Part shown: positions 25,401 through 38,711 of the stretch, piece after piece
Layout of the letters: each line of letters begins with the position of its first letter
Numbering within the stretch: the stretch's first letter is position 1
DNA from: Mobula hypostoma
Taxonomy: Eukaryota
Assembly: GCF_963921235.1 (NCBI RefSeq)
Contig: NC_086098.1
Span: 3,844,001-3,908,000, forward strand
Reading direction: 5' to 3'
Length of the DNA: 64,000 nucleotides
Notes under the pieces: generated by a model
The model's database searches: none
Told to the model about the DNA's origin: nothing
Seen by the model: only the letters and a program-made list of their open reading frames with translations
Translations under genes and position numbers: made by a program

Positions 25401-25811
25401 CCCTAGTACTCTCACTTGGTTTATGCTGAGTTCTACTCATTTACGTCCAATCACGTTTTGATTATCTTTAGCTCGTAGCATTTAGCACAGGGTACCTTAT
25501 CCTGTGTTTCTGATTTAACTCCATGATAGGAAGCTTAGGCTTCGGTTAGTTTCACGCTTTCTGTTATCAATGAGAGTACCACTTGTGTGCCGCAATGTGC
25601 TGAATCGCTCTTCAAATTAAAATGAAAGTGTCACACTGCCTTCAAATTTAATGCAAGTTATGAAAAGCATGCCAGTTTTAACTGTACTTGTTCGTCTTTG
25701 GTCAATGTGGTTAGCAAAAGTAGGAAAATAATACCGTCTGAAGAAGAAATAAAATAATGCATATAATTAGAGTAAAAATGGACCATTCTAGAATTACTAG
25801 CAGGTCAGGCA

Positions 25812-25985
25812 GGAGGGAGAGAGGAAGCAAGCAGAGAGAGGGGGAGTGAGAGGACAGAGGGAACAAGGATGGAGACGATGCGGGGGAGGGAGAGAGGAAG
25901 AGAGTGAGGGAATGAGAGAGAGGGGAGAGAGGGAACAAGAGATGGAGAGTGACAGAGAGAGAGAGAGAGAGAGGGGGGAAAGCGA
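25812..25985. repeat. GA-rich low-complexity / (GA)n tract
   Basis: Purine-rich run containing gagagagagagagagagag. Confidence 0.85.
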
Positions 25986-26239
25986 ACAGACTTAACATTT
26001 CATCTGTACCAGTAATGCTGCATGACTTCTGAGTAATTTCAGCATTCATTATTTTTATTGCAGATTATCATTTGATTGTTGTATAAAAATGAAACCTAGC
26101 AACCAGTCAGTTGGTGCTATCTCTTAGAAAAAATATTCCAAGTTATCACAATATTTTGTTAACTGAAATACCACAATATTCTCACGGTGCTGTTGCGGAA
26201 TTAAGTATTGTTGCTTCCTGTGTGAACCAGTAAAACCTG

Positions 26240-28730
26240 TACTCAGCGGTCACTATATTTGGTACACCTGTCTGTTAATGCAAACATCAAATCAGCCAAT
26301 CTTGTGGCAGCAACTCAGTGCATAAAAGCATGCAGACATGGTCAAGAGCAGGGGTCCCCAACCTTCTTTGCACCATGGACCTGTTTAATATTGACAATAT
26401 TCTTGCGGACTGGCCAACGGGGTGGGGGGGGGTGTTAATTACGACTGGAATATAGGTGATAAGTCAACTATAAGTCACTTATAAGTGGCTAATACACTCA
26501 ATTTCATTTCTAATAGGGTTTATCTAATGAATTTAATATTAAACACACAGCGCATATTTTTCTCGCATGAATATAGTGATAAGTCAATTATAAGTCACTT
26601 ATAAGTCAATAGCATCATAACATTTTAAGTAACATTTGGATATTAAACACACAGCGCATATTTTCCTCATATGAACATATAAAATCATTGCAACACACCA
26701 ATATCGCTGAATCAATGGGAGCCCTGGGCTTGTTTCCCTGCAACAAGATGGTCCCATCGAGGGGTGATGGGAGACAGCGATACTCGAAGGTGGTTCCTTA
26801 TGTCCAGTCTATTCCGCAATTTAGTTTTCGTTGCATTCATTGCAGAAAACTCCGCTTTGCAGAGATATAATGTTGGAAATGGAAGCAACGTTTTCAGTGC
26901 TTTCGTGGCTATCTCAGATCGTGGTGATCCAGAATGCCAGCAGAGATGTTATGTCAAGCATACTTCTCAGCCCACCGTCATTTGCAAGCTCAAGGAGTTG
27001 ATCTTCTTCCCGCTCTGACATGGATGATTCACCGGGGACATTCACAAATGGGTCACGGACCCATTCCTTTGCACATCTTGGATCATTTGCGGTTGGGAAG
27101 TAACACTCGAATTCTGTCGACAGCGAAGATAGGTGATCACGCACCAGCTGTGAGAAGGACAGTGCAGCCTCAGTCTCTCCCAAAATCCCAGCTAATGTTG
27201 GGAGCATGTCAAATATGCCCCTGTCCACTCGCCGTCCCCACAGTTCCAGTTTGGCTTTGAAAGCAGACACTTTATCTGCCAACTTGAAGACAGTTGTTAT
27301 TCTCCCCTGAAGTGACAAATTGAGTTCATTGAGCAGGTTGAAGATGTCACACAGATAAGCGAGTTTTGCTATCCACTCCTCGTCACTGAAGTGTGCAGCC
27401 AGAGGTGACTTTTTTCCTGAAAGAAATTTCTGCAGCTGCTCTCTTAACTCAAAAACCCTGGCCAGGGCTGTCCCCCTTGATAGCCACCTGACTTCAGTGT
27501 GCAAGAGAAGGCATTTGTGCTCTGCATCCATTTCCTCACAAAGCTGCTCAAACAGACGTGAGTTAAGGACTTTTGCTTTGATGTGATTGATAACTTCAAC
27601 TACGTTGAAGCTTCTCCCAACAGTTCTTGGCACTTGTCCTTGGCAGCAGGCAGAATCAATTCTTCACCAACAGTGAAAGGCTTCTTAGTCTTAGCAATAC
27701 GGCTAGCCACTAAGTACGACGCTCTCAGAGCAGCAGCATTTGTGGAGGTGATAGCTCTCAGCACTTGCTTTTGTCCCGCTTGCTCACGTTTTTTCCACTC
27801 AAAAAATTCAACGGGTTTGTCTTTAAGTGCAGGGTGCTTGGACTCAAGGTGCCGAAACAGTTTTGAGGGCTTCATTGGCTCATTAGACAGCTTGTCTCCA
27901 CATATCACACACAGGGACTTGGAGTGTGCGAGTCACCGGTCACAATAAAGCCATACTTTATGTACGACTTGTCGTATTTTCTGCTGAAGAAAGCTTTCTT
28001 TTTTTTTGCCGTCTCGACCTCAGCTGTCTCTGCGTTATCATTATCGTTAAGCCTTTTATGTCTCCGACCACCTCTTCCAAAGAAACTCTCAAGCGTCGTT
28101 TGTTTTTTACTCATCGAGTAATTGTAGGTTAATGACCGCCTGTGTGCGTTCAGGTTCAACAGTGGGCGTGACAGGGAATGAGGAAAGGTGCAGCTGACTC
28201 ATATCGTTTCATATCGCCAAATCATATCGTTTCCTTGCAGCCCGGTACACACGCTTTGCGGCCCGGTGGTTGGGGACCACTGGTCAAGAGGTTCAGTTGT
28301 GGTTCACACCAAACATCAGAATGGGGAAGAAATGTGATCTAAGTGACCTTGGCTGTGCAATCATTGATAGTGCAGGACAGGGTGGTTTGAGTATCTCAGA
28401 AACTGCCGATCTCCTGGGATTTTCCTGCACAACTACCTCTAGAGTTTACAGAGGATGGTGTGAAAAAACAAAAAAACATCTTGTGGGTGGCAGTTATGTG
28501 TGTGAAAATGCCTTGTTAATGAGAGAGGTCAGAGGAGAATGGCCAGACTGGTTGGAGCTGACAGGGATGTGACAGTAGCTCAAATAACCACGTGTGCAGA
28601 AGACCATCTTTGAACACAGATCTCATCGAACCTTAACGTGGATGGGTTACAGCAGCCGAGACCACAAGCGTACACTCAGCGGCTACCTCAGTGAGCTACA
28701 GGAGGTGTCTAAAAAAGTGGGCACAGATTA
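26240..28730 (+). mobile_element. Non-autonomous Tc1-like element (host of the hAT)
   Basis: Degenerate TIRs at both ends. N-terminal transposase MGKKCDLSD...GLSISETADLLGFS.TT.SRVYR.WCEK at 28321. Confidence 0.82.
26349..28282 (-). mobile_element. hAT (Buster/Charlie group, Charlie3/MER1-like) transposon with internally deleted transposase 26712-28114
   Basis: 15-bp TIRs CAG(G/T)GGTCCCCAACC. 8-bp TSD GTCAAGAG at 26341-48 and 28283-90. Peptides MSKKQTTLESFF, C.ICGDKLSNE.MKPSKL.RHLE.KH, LLLHTEVRWLSRG, LAYLCDIF. Confidence 0.96.
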
Positions 28731-29549
28731 TACTCTATATATTTGATCCATTAGCCCAAAACATCTTTTTGATCCACTCATACAAACATGCATTATCTTT
28801 TTTACAATAACGAGGGAAAATACATGAAGCTGTGTTTTGGCTTGTGTTTACATTTAATGTTTTGTAGAAAATAAAAGTAAATCAACTCCTTCCAAATATT
28901 ACTTGAAGAGATTGTGACATTTTACAATGAAATACTGAAATTTGAAATGGTTGTAATGTGCAAAGATCCTTTAGTTGAGCTCAGTTTTCAGTCCCACGAG
29001 ATCAACTACATCTAAACCTGTGTGCTGAGCGAGATGTATGTGAATGAGAGGTGTTGTGTAAATATTTTTTATTGATCCTGAAATGCACGTTATACAGGCA
29101 AACAAAGGAAAGTGGTGGATGGCTCTATGTGCAGCTATTTACAAAATTGTTCTGCTGTCAGCTGTTGTACGAGACTGTTCATGGGTCTTTGAAGAACATA
29201 GAACACAACAGCACAGTACAGGCCCTTCAGCCCACAATGTTGTGCCAGCCTTTTAATCTAACCCCTCCCTCCTATAGAGCCCTCCGTTTTTCTCTCGTCC
29301 ATGCAGCTATCCAAAGTTTCTTAAATGCATCTAAGGTATTTGGCTCTACCTCCACCCTTGGCAGGGTGTCCCACACACCCACCATTCACTGTGTAAAAGA
29401 CTTACCTCTGACATTTCTCCTGTGCTTTCAAATTTCTAACATGTATTCCTTGTCTTACTCAGACTTTGGAGGAAGGGAAGAGGTACAGTTCTCAGTCTGG
29501 CCATCCTCACCCTTTGTGTTTGTACAGACTGTTGTTTGACCTTTGATGC

Positions 29550-30717
29550 TATGTCAGGATGCTGTTCCTCGACTATAGCTCAGCATTTAACACAATCTTT
29601 CCCACAATCCTGATTGAGAAGTTACAGAACCTGGGCCTGTGTACCTTCCTCTGCAATTGGATCCTCGACTTCCTAACTGGAAGACCACAATCTGTGCGGA
29701 TTGGTGATAACATATCCTTGCTGATGATCAACACTGGTGCACCTCAGGGGTGTCTTTAGCCCACTGCTCTACTCTCTCTGTACGCATGACTGTGTGGCTA
29801 GGCATAGCTCAAACACCATCTAAAAATTTGCTGATGATACAACCATTGTTGGTAGAATCTCAGGTGGAGACGAGGGGGTGAACAGGAGAGAGATATACCA
29901 ACTAGTGGAGTGGTGTCACAGCAACAACCTTGCACTCAATGTCAGTATGACCAAAGAGCTGATTGTGGACTTCAGGAAGGGTAAGACGAAGGAACACATA
30001 CCAATCCTCATAGAGGGATCAGAAGTGGAGAGAGTGAACAGTTTCAAGTTCCTGGGCGTCAAGATGTCTGAGGACCTAACCTGGTCCCAACGTAACGATA
30101 CAGCGAAAAAGAAGGTGGCAAGACAGTGACTATACTTCATTAGGAGTTTGAAGAGATTTGGTATGTCAATAAAAACTTCTATAGATGTACCATGGAGAAC
30201 ATTCTGACTGGCTGCATCATTGTCTGGTATGGAGGTGGGGGTGGGGGGGGCTACTACACAGGACTGAAAGAAGCTGCAGAGGGTTGTAAGTTTAGTCAGC
30301 TCTATCTTGGGTAGTAGCCTACAAAGTACCCAGGACGTCTTCAAGGAGTAGTGTCTCAGAAAGGCAGCGTCCAATATTAAGGACCCCTAGCACCCAGGGC
30401 ATGCCCTTTTCTCACTGTTACCATCAGGTAGGAGGTACAGAAGCCTGAAGGCACACACTCAGCAATTCAGGAACAGCTTCTTCCCCTCTGCCATCTGATT
30501 TCTAAATGGGGATTGAACCAGTGAACATTACCTCACTTTTTAAATATGTATTATTTCTGTTTTTTCACAATTTTTTAATCTATTCAATATACATATACTG
30601 TAATTTACTTATTATTATTATTTTTCCTCCATATCATGTATTACATTGAACTGCTGCTGCTAAGTTAACAAATTTCACGACACATGCCGGTGATAATAAT
30701 CCTGATTCTGATTCTGA
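29550..30717 (+). mobile_element. Rex/Babar LINE RT to 3' tail
   Basis: [21 protein letters not shown]...[13 protein letters not shown]; (gattct)n tail. Confidence 0.92.
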
Positions 30718-30883
30718 CGAACAGTATTATTCTTCATATAGAATGCCAAAGCTATGGATAATTTGTTTTTAGAGCAAAAACCAGTATATAGTTTTCAAGA
30801 GGTTGTAGTGGCATGGTACCATTGTGGTTTGTATGATACAACACCAACGACCGGGGTTCAGTTCCACCGCCGCCTGTACATTC

Positions 30884-32622
30884 ACCAACATGAGAAGATC
30901 TGCAGATGCTGGAAATCCAGAGCATTGCACAAAATGATGGAGGAACTCAACAGGTCAGGCAGCGTCTGTGGGAAAAAGTGAGCAGTTGATGCCTCAGGCC
31001 GACACCCTTCATCAAGACTGGAAAGGAAGAGGAGAAAGAAGGTGGGGGGTGGGAGGAAGGAGAGGAGGAAGTTCAAGGTGGTAGGTGATAGGTGAAACCG
31101 GGAGAGCAGGAGGGGTGAAGTAAAAAGCTGGGAAGTTGAGTGGTGAAAGAGTTTGGTTTACCTCGACTCTGTTTTGTCTCCCCTTTTCAGTCCCTTACCA
31201 CCTACATCCATGCAACTTCATATGCTCTTGATCTTTTCAATGGCTTTATGTTTCCTGGCCCCGATTGTCTCATTTTCACCATGGTGTCCAGTCCAAAAAT
31301 ACCTCCATTTCCCATCTGGAGAGCCTTAAAACTCTCCACTTCTTTCCGGACAAAAGACCCAACCAGTTCCCCTCTACCACCACTCTCCTCCCTCTGGTGT
31401 CACTGGTCCTCACCTGCAATGATTTCTCCTTCAGCTCCTCCCACTTCCTACAAACCAAAGGGGTAGCCATGGGCACTCGCATGGGTCCCAGCTAAGTCTG
31501 CCTTTTTGTCGGCTACGTGGAACAGTCCATGTTGCAAGCCTACACCGGCATCTCTCCCTAACTCCTCCAACACGACCTTGCGTCTGCATTGGTGCTGCTT
31601 CCTGCACTCATGCTCAGCTCAACTTTATCAACTTGATCAACTTTGCATCCAACTTCCACCCTGCCCTCTATATCCACTAATATATTTTATAAACCCACAG
31701 ACTATACCTCTTTCCACCCTGTCACTTGTAAAAGTGCCATTCCCCTCCTCTTATTTCCTCTGAGTCCACCAGAACTTCTCTCAGAATAAGGTCCTCATTC
31801 TTCAAAGAAAGGGGCTTCCCTACATACCACCCATCTGCCTCTGTATCAAGCACATACTTCTCTGTAATGTCCCCCATCTCCAACGGGTCCCAACACCAAC
31901 AAACCTTTCCCTTCCCTCCACTTCCTTCCTTCTGCAGAGATCACTCCCTACATCCCTCCCCCGATCTCCCTCATGGCACTTATCCTTGGAAGTGGAACAA
32001 GTCCCACACCTGTCCCTACACCTCCTCCCTCACTACCATTCAGGACCCCAAACAGTCCTTCCAGGTGAGGTGACACTTCAGCTGTGACGCTGCTGGGTCG
32101 TCTACTGTGCTCCCTGTGTGACCTCCTGTAATCAGAGAAATCTGACATAGATTGGGAGACCGCTTTGCCAAGCACCATTGTTGAAAAAGCACAAACTCCT
32201 GATGACCGTTGATTTCAATTCTGCTTCCTAATCCCATTCCGACACATCAATCCATGGCCTCCTCTACTGTTGCGATGAGGCTACATTCAGGTTGGAGGAA
32301 CAGCACCTTATATTTAATCTGGGTAGCCTCCAACCTGATGGAATGCAAATTGATTTCTCAAACTTGTGGTAATTGCCTCTCCTTCACAATTCCCATTCCC
32401 ATTTTCCCCTCTCACCTTATCTCCTTACCTGCCCATCGCCTCTCTCTGGTGCTCCTCCCACTTTCCTTTCTTCCATGGTCTTGTACCCTCACCAATCAGA
32501 TTTCCCTTTCTCCCTTTTTCTCTTTCACCAGTCAACTTCTCAGCTCTTTACTTCATCCCCTCCGGTTTCACCTATCACCTTGTACTTTCTCCTCCCCTCG
32601 CCCCACCTTTTTAATCTGACCT
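30884..32622 (+). mobile_element. Penelope-like element: RT and GIY-YIG remnant preceded by an inverted 3' segment (30884-~31150)
   Basis: FLQTKGVAMGTRMGPS (PLE RT), HGTYP..C.YTS linker, LGSLQPDG. The inverted terminal repeat upstream is typical of PLE insertions. Confidence 0.88.
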
Positions 32623-33823
32623 CCTCTTCGACGGGGCAACACAACAGTAAGGATAGGAATAGAATGAGGTGGCGGATAAATGCATGGCTGAACAATTGGA
32701 GCAGAGAGCAAAGATTTCTGGATCTTTGGGACCTCCTGTGGAGCAGGTGAGACCTGTACAAAAGGGACGGGTTGCACTTGAATCCGAGGGGAACTATTAT
32801 TCTTGCAGGTAGGTTTACTAGAGTTACTGGGAGGGGTTTAAACTAATACGGCAGGGTGACGAGTACCAGTATGACAGAGCTGAGGATGAGTCATCAGGTT
32901 TACAAGAAGATGATAGGTGTAACATGAATGTAAGGAAAGACAAGCTAATGATTGGGTACAAATGCAGACAGAGCAAAGAGTTAAATTGTGCCACAGAGGC
33001 AAAATTCAAAAGGATGAGGAATGCAGGATTGAAGATGCTGTATTTAAATGCACATAGTATTTGGAATAAGGTGGACGAACTCGTTGTGTGAGTAGAGATT
33101 GGTTGGTATGACGTTATGGGTATCACTGAGTCGTGGCTGAAAGAAGGCCATAGTTGGGAACTTAACATCAAAGGATATACTTTGTATTGAAAGAACCGGT
33201 AGGAAGGCATAGGCAGTGGTATGGCTCTGTTGGTAAGAGATGGAATTACATTTTAGAAGGAGGTGACATGGGGTCAGAGGATATTGCCTCTTTGTGGGTG
33301 GAGTTAAGAAACTGCAAGGGTGAAAAAAACATTATGGGAATCATAGATAGGCCTCCAAATAGTACCAAAAGTTGGGGTTGAGATTACAAAGGGAACTGGA
33401 AAGGGCATGTAATAAGGGTAATGTTACAATTGTAGTGGGGACTTCAATATGCAAGGGGATTTGGAAAATCAGTTTGCTGTCAAATTACAAGAGAGGGAAT
33501 TTGTTGAATGCCTACAAGGTTGGTTTTTAGAGGACTTTGTGGTTGAGCCTACTCAGGGAAAGGCTATCTTAGACTGGGTTTTGTGTAATAACCCAAATCT
33601 TATGAGGGAGCTTAATGTAAAGGAACCATTAGGATGTAGTGATCATAATATGATTGAATTTATACAGTATTTTGAAAGGGAGAAGCATAAGTCACATGTA
33701 TCAGTATTGTAATGGAATAAAGGGAATTACAGAGGCATGAGAGAGGGGCTTGCCCAGGTGGTTAGAAAGGGATACTGGCGGGGATGACGGCAGAACAGAG
33801 GTGGCTGAAATTTCTGGGAATAG

Positions 33824-34439
33824 ATTAGATTAGATTATGAGGACATGCAGTCCTCTTTTATTGTCATTTAGTAATGCATGCATTAAGAAATGATACAATG
33901 TTTTTCCAAAATGATATCACAGAAACACATGACAAACCGACTTAAAAACGGACAAAAACCATATAATTATAACATATAGTTACAACAGTGCAAAGCAATA
34001 CCGTAATTTGATAAGAACAGACCATGGGCACGGTAAAAGTCTCAAAGTCTCTCGAAAGTCCCATCATCTCACGCAGACGGTGAACCTCCAGTGCCGCAAA
34101 CTTGCCGATGCAGCATACTGGAAGCATCCGACCACAGTCCGACTCCGAGTTCGTCCAAAAACTCCGATCCTGTGACACCGAGCACCACCTCTGCCGAGCG
34201 CTTCAACCCCGGCCCCGGCAATAGGCAAAGCCGAGGATTTGGGGCCTTCCCCTCCAGAGATTCTTGATTGCATAGTAGCAGCGGCAGTGAACTGAGAATT
34301 TCAGGTGTTCCTCTGTGCTTCTCACGGCTGTCTCCATCAAATCAGGATTGTGCACGGCCCCCTAGTTAACATATACCATATCATTTGGAATGACCGCGCG
34401 TGCTGTGTCGCGCCGCCATCTTCTCCTCCTGTGCCTTGT
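33824..34439 (-). mobile_element. Non-coding LINE-derived element with (TAATC)n tail
   Basis: TSD GAATAG at 33818-23 and 34440-45. Minus-strand head GGAGAAGATGGCGGCG. No RT remnant. Confidence 0.8.
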
Positions 34440-35340
34440 GAATAGTTCACAAGGCACAGGATAGATATGTTCCACAGAAGATGTTGTTCTCAAATGGCAG
34501 GGCTAAGCAACCATGGCTGACAAGGGATGTTAAGGACTGCCTAAAAGCCAAGGAAAGGCATATAATGTAACAAAAGTGAGTGGCATGTTGGATAATTAGG
34601 AAGTTTTTAAAATCCAACAAAATGCAACTAAAAAAGCTATAAAAAGATGAAATATGAGGGCAAACTAGCCGATAATATAAAGCAGGATACTAAAACATTT
34701 TTCAGTTATATAAAGATTAAAAGGGAAGTGTGGATTGATATTGGACCGCTGGAAAATAATGCTGGTGAGGTAGTAAGGAGGGACAAATAGATGGCAGATA
34801 AACTTAACAAGTACTTTGCTTCAGTCTTCACTGTGGAAGACACCAGCTGTATGCCAGGTGCGTGAGTGTCTGGGAGCAGGAGTCAGAGCCAAAGCTATTA
34901 CAAAGGAAAAAGTGCTAGACAGACTGAAAGGTCTTAAGGTGGATAAGTCTCCTGGACCAGATGGACTACAGGCCAGAGTCCCAGAGGACTGGAAATTTGC
35001 AAATGTCATTCCTCTCTTTAAGAAAGGACAATGACAAAAGAGAGAAAATTATAGGTCAGTTAGCCTAACCTCAGTGGTTGGGAAACTGTTGGAGTTCATT
35101 ATTGAGGACGAAGTTTCGGGGTACTTGGAGAGTAATGATAAAATAAGTCAAAGTCAACATGGTTTCTTTAAAGCGAAATCTTGTCCAAAAAATTTGTTAA
35201 AATTCTCAAGGAAGTAACAAGCAAAAGAGAGGCAGTGGATGTCATAAACATAGATTTTCAGAAGCCATTTGATAAGGTGCCTCACATAAGGCTGCTTAAC
35301 AAGATAAAATCCTATGGTGTTACAGGAAAGATACTGGCAT

Positions 35341-36282
35341 GTAATGTAAGAGCAAAAGAGAGGCGATTGCTGATTGTGTCGCCTCTGATCTGGGCTGACA
35401 TTTAGGTGCCGGGCGGCACCTAATTAATTAGCTTGTTTTGGCTTTTTTCTTAAAGATGTGCCGGGTGCGTCCTGGCTACTGCTGCATTCTCCGTGGCAAT
35501 GTATCTGTCCGTGGCCTGGGGGTTAGGGTGGTGGGACACTGGGGTGTCATCATGGCAGGCAGGTCATCTTCTCCTATGACTGCTTGCCTCGATGTTGAAG
35601 GTCGAGTTTCGTCGTCTGCTGTGGCTGATGTAGAAGGCTTGCTTGACTGCTTAGCCTCGCGCATTTTTCTATCATACAGTTCTTTGTAAGCACTCAAACC
35701 ATCTTGCAAATTTGCCCTAAACCTACGTACCTTTTCAAAATTAAAGTCGTACTTTATCATTGCAGCGAAAATCTGACACTGTTGCTTCACGTTCAGTTCC
35801 TGGATGACTTCACTTTCAGTCCGTTCGCTACTGCATTTGGTTTCGATTCTTATCCTTTCCTCTTCCAATTGCATCAGCTCTTCATCTATCAGTTCTTGGT
35901 CGTGGGATGCCAAAACCTCTTCAACATCATCTTCGTCAACTTCCACAAGCCAGACTCATTTTGTCCTTACTTCGTTCACCAGGATTGAAATGCTTAATTA
36001 TGTCTAGTTTTTACGCTAAGTGTAACGCCCTTACAAGTTCTTTTAGGCTTTTTCGATACCTTAGAACTCATCTTGCTAATGGCTGCTCACAGGCACGTGT
36101 TTAAGCAATGCCGGTGAGAACGCAGTTCCGAATCCAGGGGAGGATTGGCTGCTCAGGGCGCGTGCTGCCTTTTTTTGTAACAGTGAAAACAGTTTCTGTT
36201 AGTGAAAACAGGTAACTAATGTAGGTCTTTCGTAATAGCGAGGTTTTGTAAGGCGAACGTTCGAAAAGCAAGGGACACCTGA
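35341..36282 (-). mobile_element. Tigger/pogo-like deleted transposon
   Basis: ORF 35476-35946 (EVDEDDVEEVLASHDQEL.DEEL..LEEE) resembles a Tigger C-terminus. Terminal CAGGTGTCCCTTGCTTTTCGAACG on the minus strand. Confidence 0.75.
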
Positions 36283-38711
36283 CTATGAAAACAAGGTAGC
36301 AAAAAAAAAGCTTTTTCAAGTCTGTAAAAAATAAAGAGATGAAAGTGGATATAGGACCGCTAGAAAATGAGGCCAGAGAAATAATAATGGTAGACAAGGA
36401 GATGGCAGATAACTAAATGAGTATTTTGTGTCAGTCTTCACTGTGGAAGGCACTGCAGTGTGCCAGATGGTGAAGGGTGTGAGGAAGAGAAGTCAGTGCA
36501 GTTATTATTACAAGGGAGAAGGTGTACAAAAAGCTGAAAGATCTAAGGATACTTAAGTCACCCAAACCAGATGAACCATCTGGGGTTCTGAAAGAGGAAG
36601 AAGTAGAGATTGTGGAGGCATTAGTAATGATTTTTCAAAAATCAGTGGACTCTGCCAATGTGTCAGAGGACTGTAAAATTACAAATGTCACTTCTCACTT
36701 TAAGAAAGGAGGAAGGCAGCAGAAAGGAAATTATAACCAGTTAGCCTGACCTCAGTGGTTGGGAAAATGTGGGAGTCAATTGTTAAGGATGAGGTGCCAC
36801 AGTACAAGATAAAACAAAGACAGCATGGTTTCCTTAAGAGAAAATCTTGCCACATGACGTTATGGGTATCACTGAGTCGTGGCAAATTGAGAAAATTAAA
36901 TGTAGGATAGATAAAAGGGATGTAGTGGATGTTGTATATTTGTACTTTGACAAGGTGCCATACACGAGGCTGCTTACGTAGTTAAGAGCTCATGGTATTA
37001 CAGGAAAGTTACTAACATGGTTAGAACATTGGTTGATTGGTAGGAGGCAGCGAGTGGGAATAAAGGATTCTTTTCTGGTTGGCTGTCAGTGACTAGTGGT
37101 GTTCTGGGGTTGGTGTTGGGACCACTTCTTTTTATGCTGTATATCAATGATTGAGATGATGGAATAGATGGCTTCGTTGCCAAGTTTGCAGAAGATATTA
37201 AGGTTGGTGGAGGGGCAGGTATTGTTGAGAAAACAGGTAGGCTGCAGAATGACTTAGATAGATTTGGAGAATGGGCAAGAAAGTGGCAAGGGAAATACAA
37301 TGTTGGAAAATGTATGGTCATGCACTTTGGTAGTAGAAATAAATGTGCAGACTATTTTCTGGATGGGGAGAAAATCCAAAACATCTGAGATGCAGAGGGA
37401 CTTGGGAGTCCTTGTGCAGAACACCCTGATGGTTAACTTGTAGGTTGAGTTGGTGGTGAGGGAGGCAAATGCAATGTTAGCATTCATTTCAAGAGGTTTT
37501 GAATACAAGAGCAGGGCTGTTGTGCTGAAGTTTTATAAGGCACTGGTGAGGCCTCACCTTGAGTATTGTGAACAGTTTTGGGATCTCTGTCTACGAAAAG
37601 ATTTGTTGGCATTAGGGAGGGTTCGGAGGAGGTTCACAAGGATGATCCTGGGAATGAAAGGCTTAGCATATGAGGAACGTTTACTGATGCCACAAAGATT
37701 ATGAGGTGAGTGAAGTTATCCATTGGTTCAGGAACCTGATGTGTTTTGGGGTATTAACTGTTCTTGAACCTGGTGGTGTGGGACTTAAGGCTCCTGTACC
37801 TCCTTCCCAATGGCAGCAGTGTGAAGAGAGCTTGATCTGGGTTAGTAGGTTAATTGGAGTTATGGGCATAATAGGATGGCTCATATTCATTGGTGTTTCA
37901 TTTCTATACTGAATGAATAAGTTCATAAAGACAAATTCCCAGGGTCCTGAGCCAATTGACCGACTGCATTTACTTTTAAAGGTAAATAAATCAAATGACC
38001 AAATTTGCAAAAGACAGCAGAATAGAGGAGTAAGATCTTTGTTACTCAAGGGTGAGTGTTATGCAACTGAGGGGGAACACCATGATTTCCTCAGTCATTT
38101 TCAGAGTGAGAATTTAAATAAGACATGTTTTTGGTCAGTCAGACACTCCAGTGGCATAGCGGTTAATGTGATGCTGTTACTGCTCAGGGCATGCGGGTTC
38201 AAATTTCAATTCCAGTGTTATTGGTAAGGACTCTGTACATCCTTCCCGAGGAGTGTATGGGTTTTCTCCAGGTGCTCCGGTTTATGCCCACAAAGATATA
38301 CTGGTTAGTAGGTTAATTGTCATTATAAATTAGTTTAGGGCCAAGAAGGTGGGTTGCTGGATGGTATGGCTCGTTGGGCTGGAAGGGCCTGTTCCTATCT
38401 CTAAATTTTAAAAAAATCCATGGTTTATTATCAGTGTAATCACTTATTTATATTCTTGATTGTTCTAGGGAAATAGCTTTAGTTGATCAGAGATTATCTA
38501 ACCCCTGGCATGTGTAGAACCCCAATGAAATAACCCATGAGTCTAATAATTAAGGTGGACTAACTAAATGTAATCTAAATTGGAAAAGCGATCGTGTACA
38601 ATGCCTCTGCTTTCGTTTCACAGTTACTAACTCCAGCAATGGTGTGTTATTTGAGAGAAAGAGGAGCTTTCTTCTAAGTTTGCTTCATTTTTAATAAATA
38701 CAATAGCAAAA

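Larger units (their letters stand above)
32630..37685 (+). mobile_element. CR1 LINE sequence (ORF1 end, APE, RT) in at least two blocks (32630-35340, 36285-37685)
   Basis: FLDLWDLLW, ITESWLK, SDHNMIEF, KSPGPDG, DFQK.FDKVPH, LVRPHLEYC. Confidence 0.88.

Noticed and set aside
26914..28159. Domesticated ZBED5/ZBED8/SCAND3-like host gene
   Set aside because: It is frameshifted, centrally deleted and bounded by TIRs and a TSD, so it is a transposon copy.
29051..29539. 162-aa ORF and similar ORFs (38627-39160, 50092-50766, 25711-26049)
   Set aside because: They run across repeat boundaries or low-complexity sequence and show no recognisable protein or splice structure.
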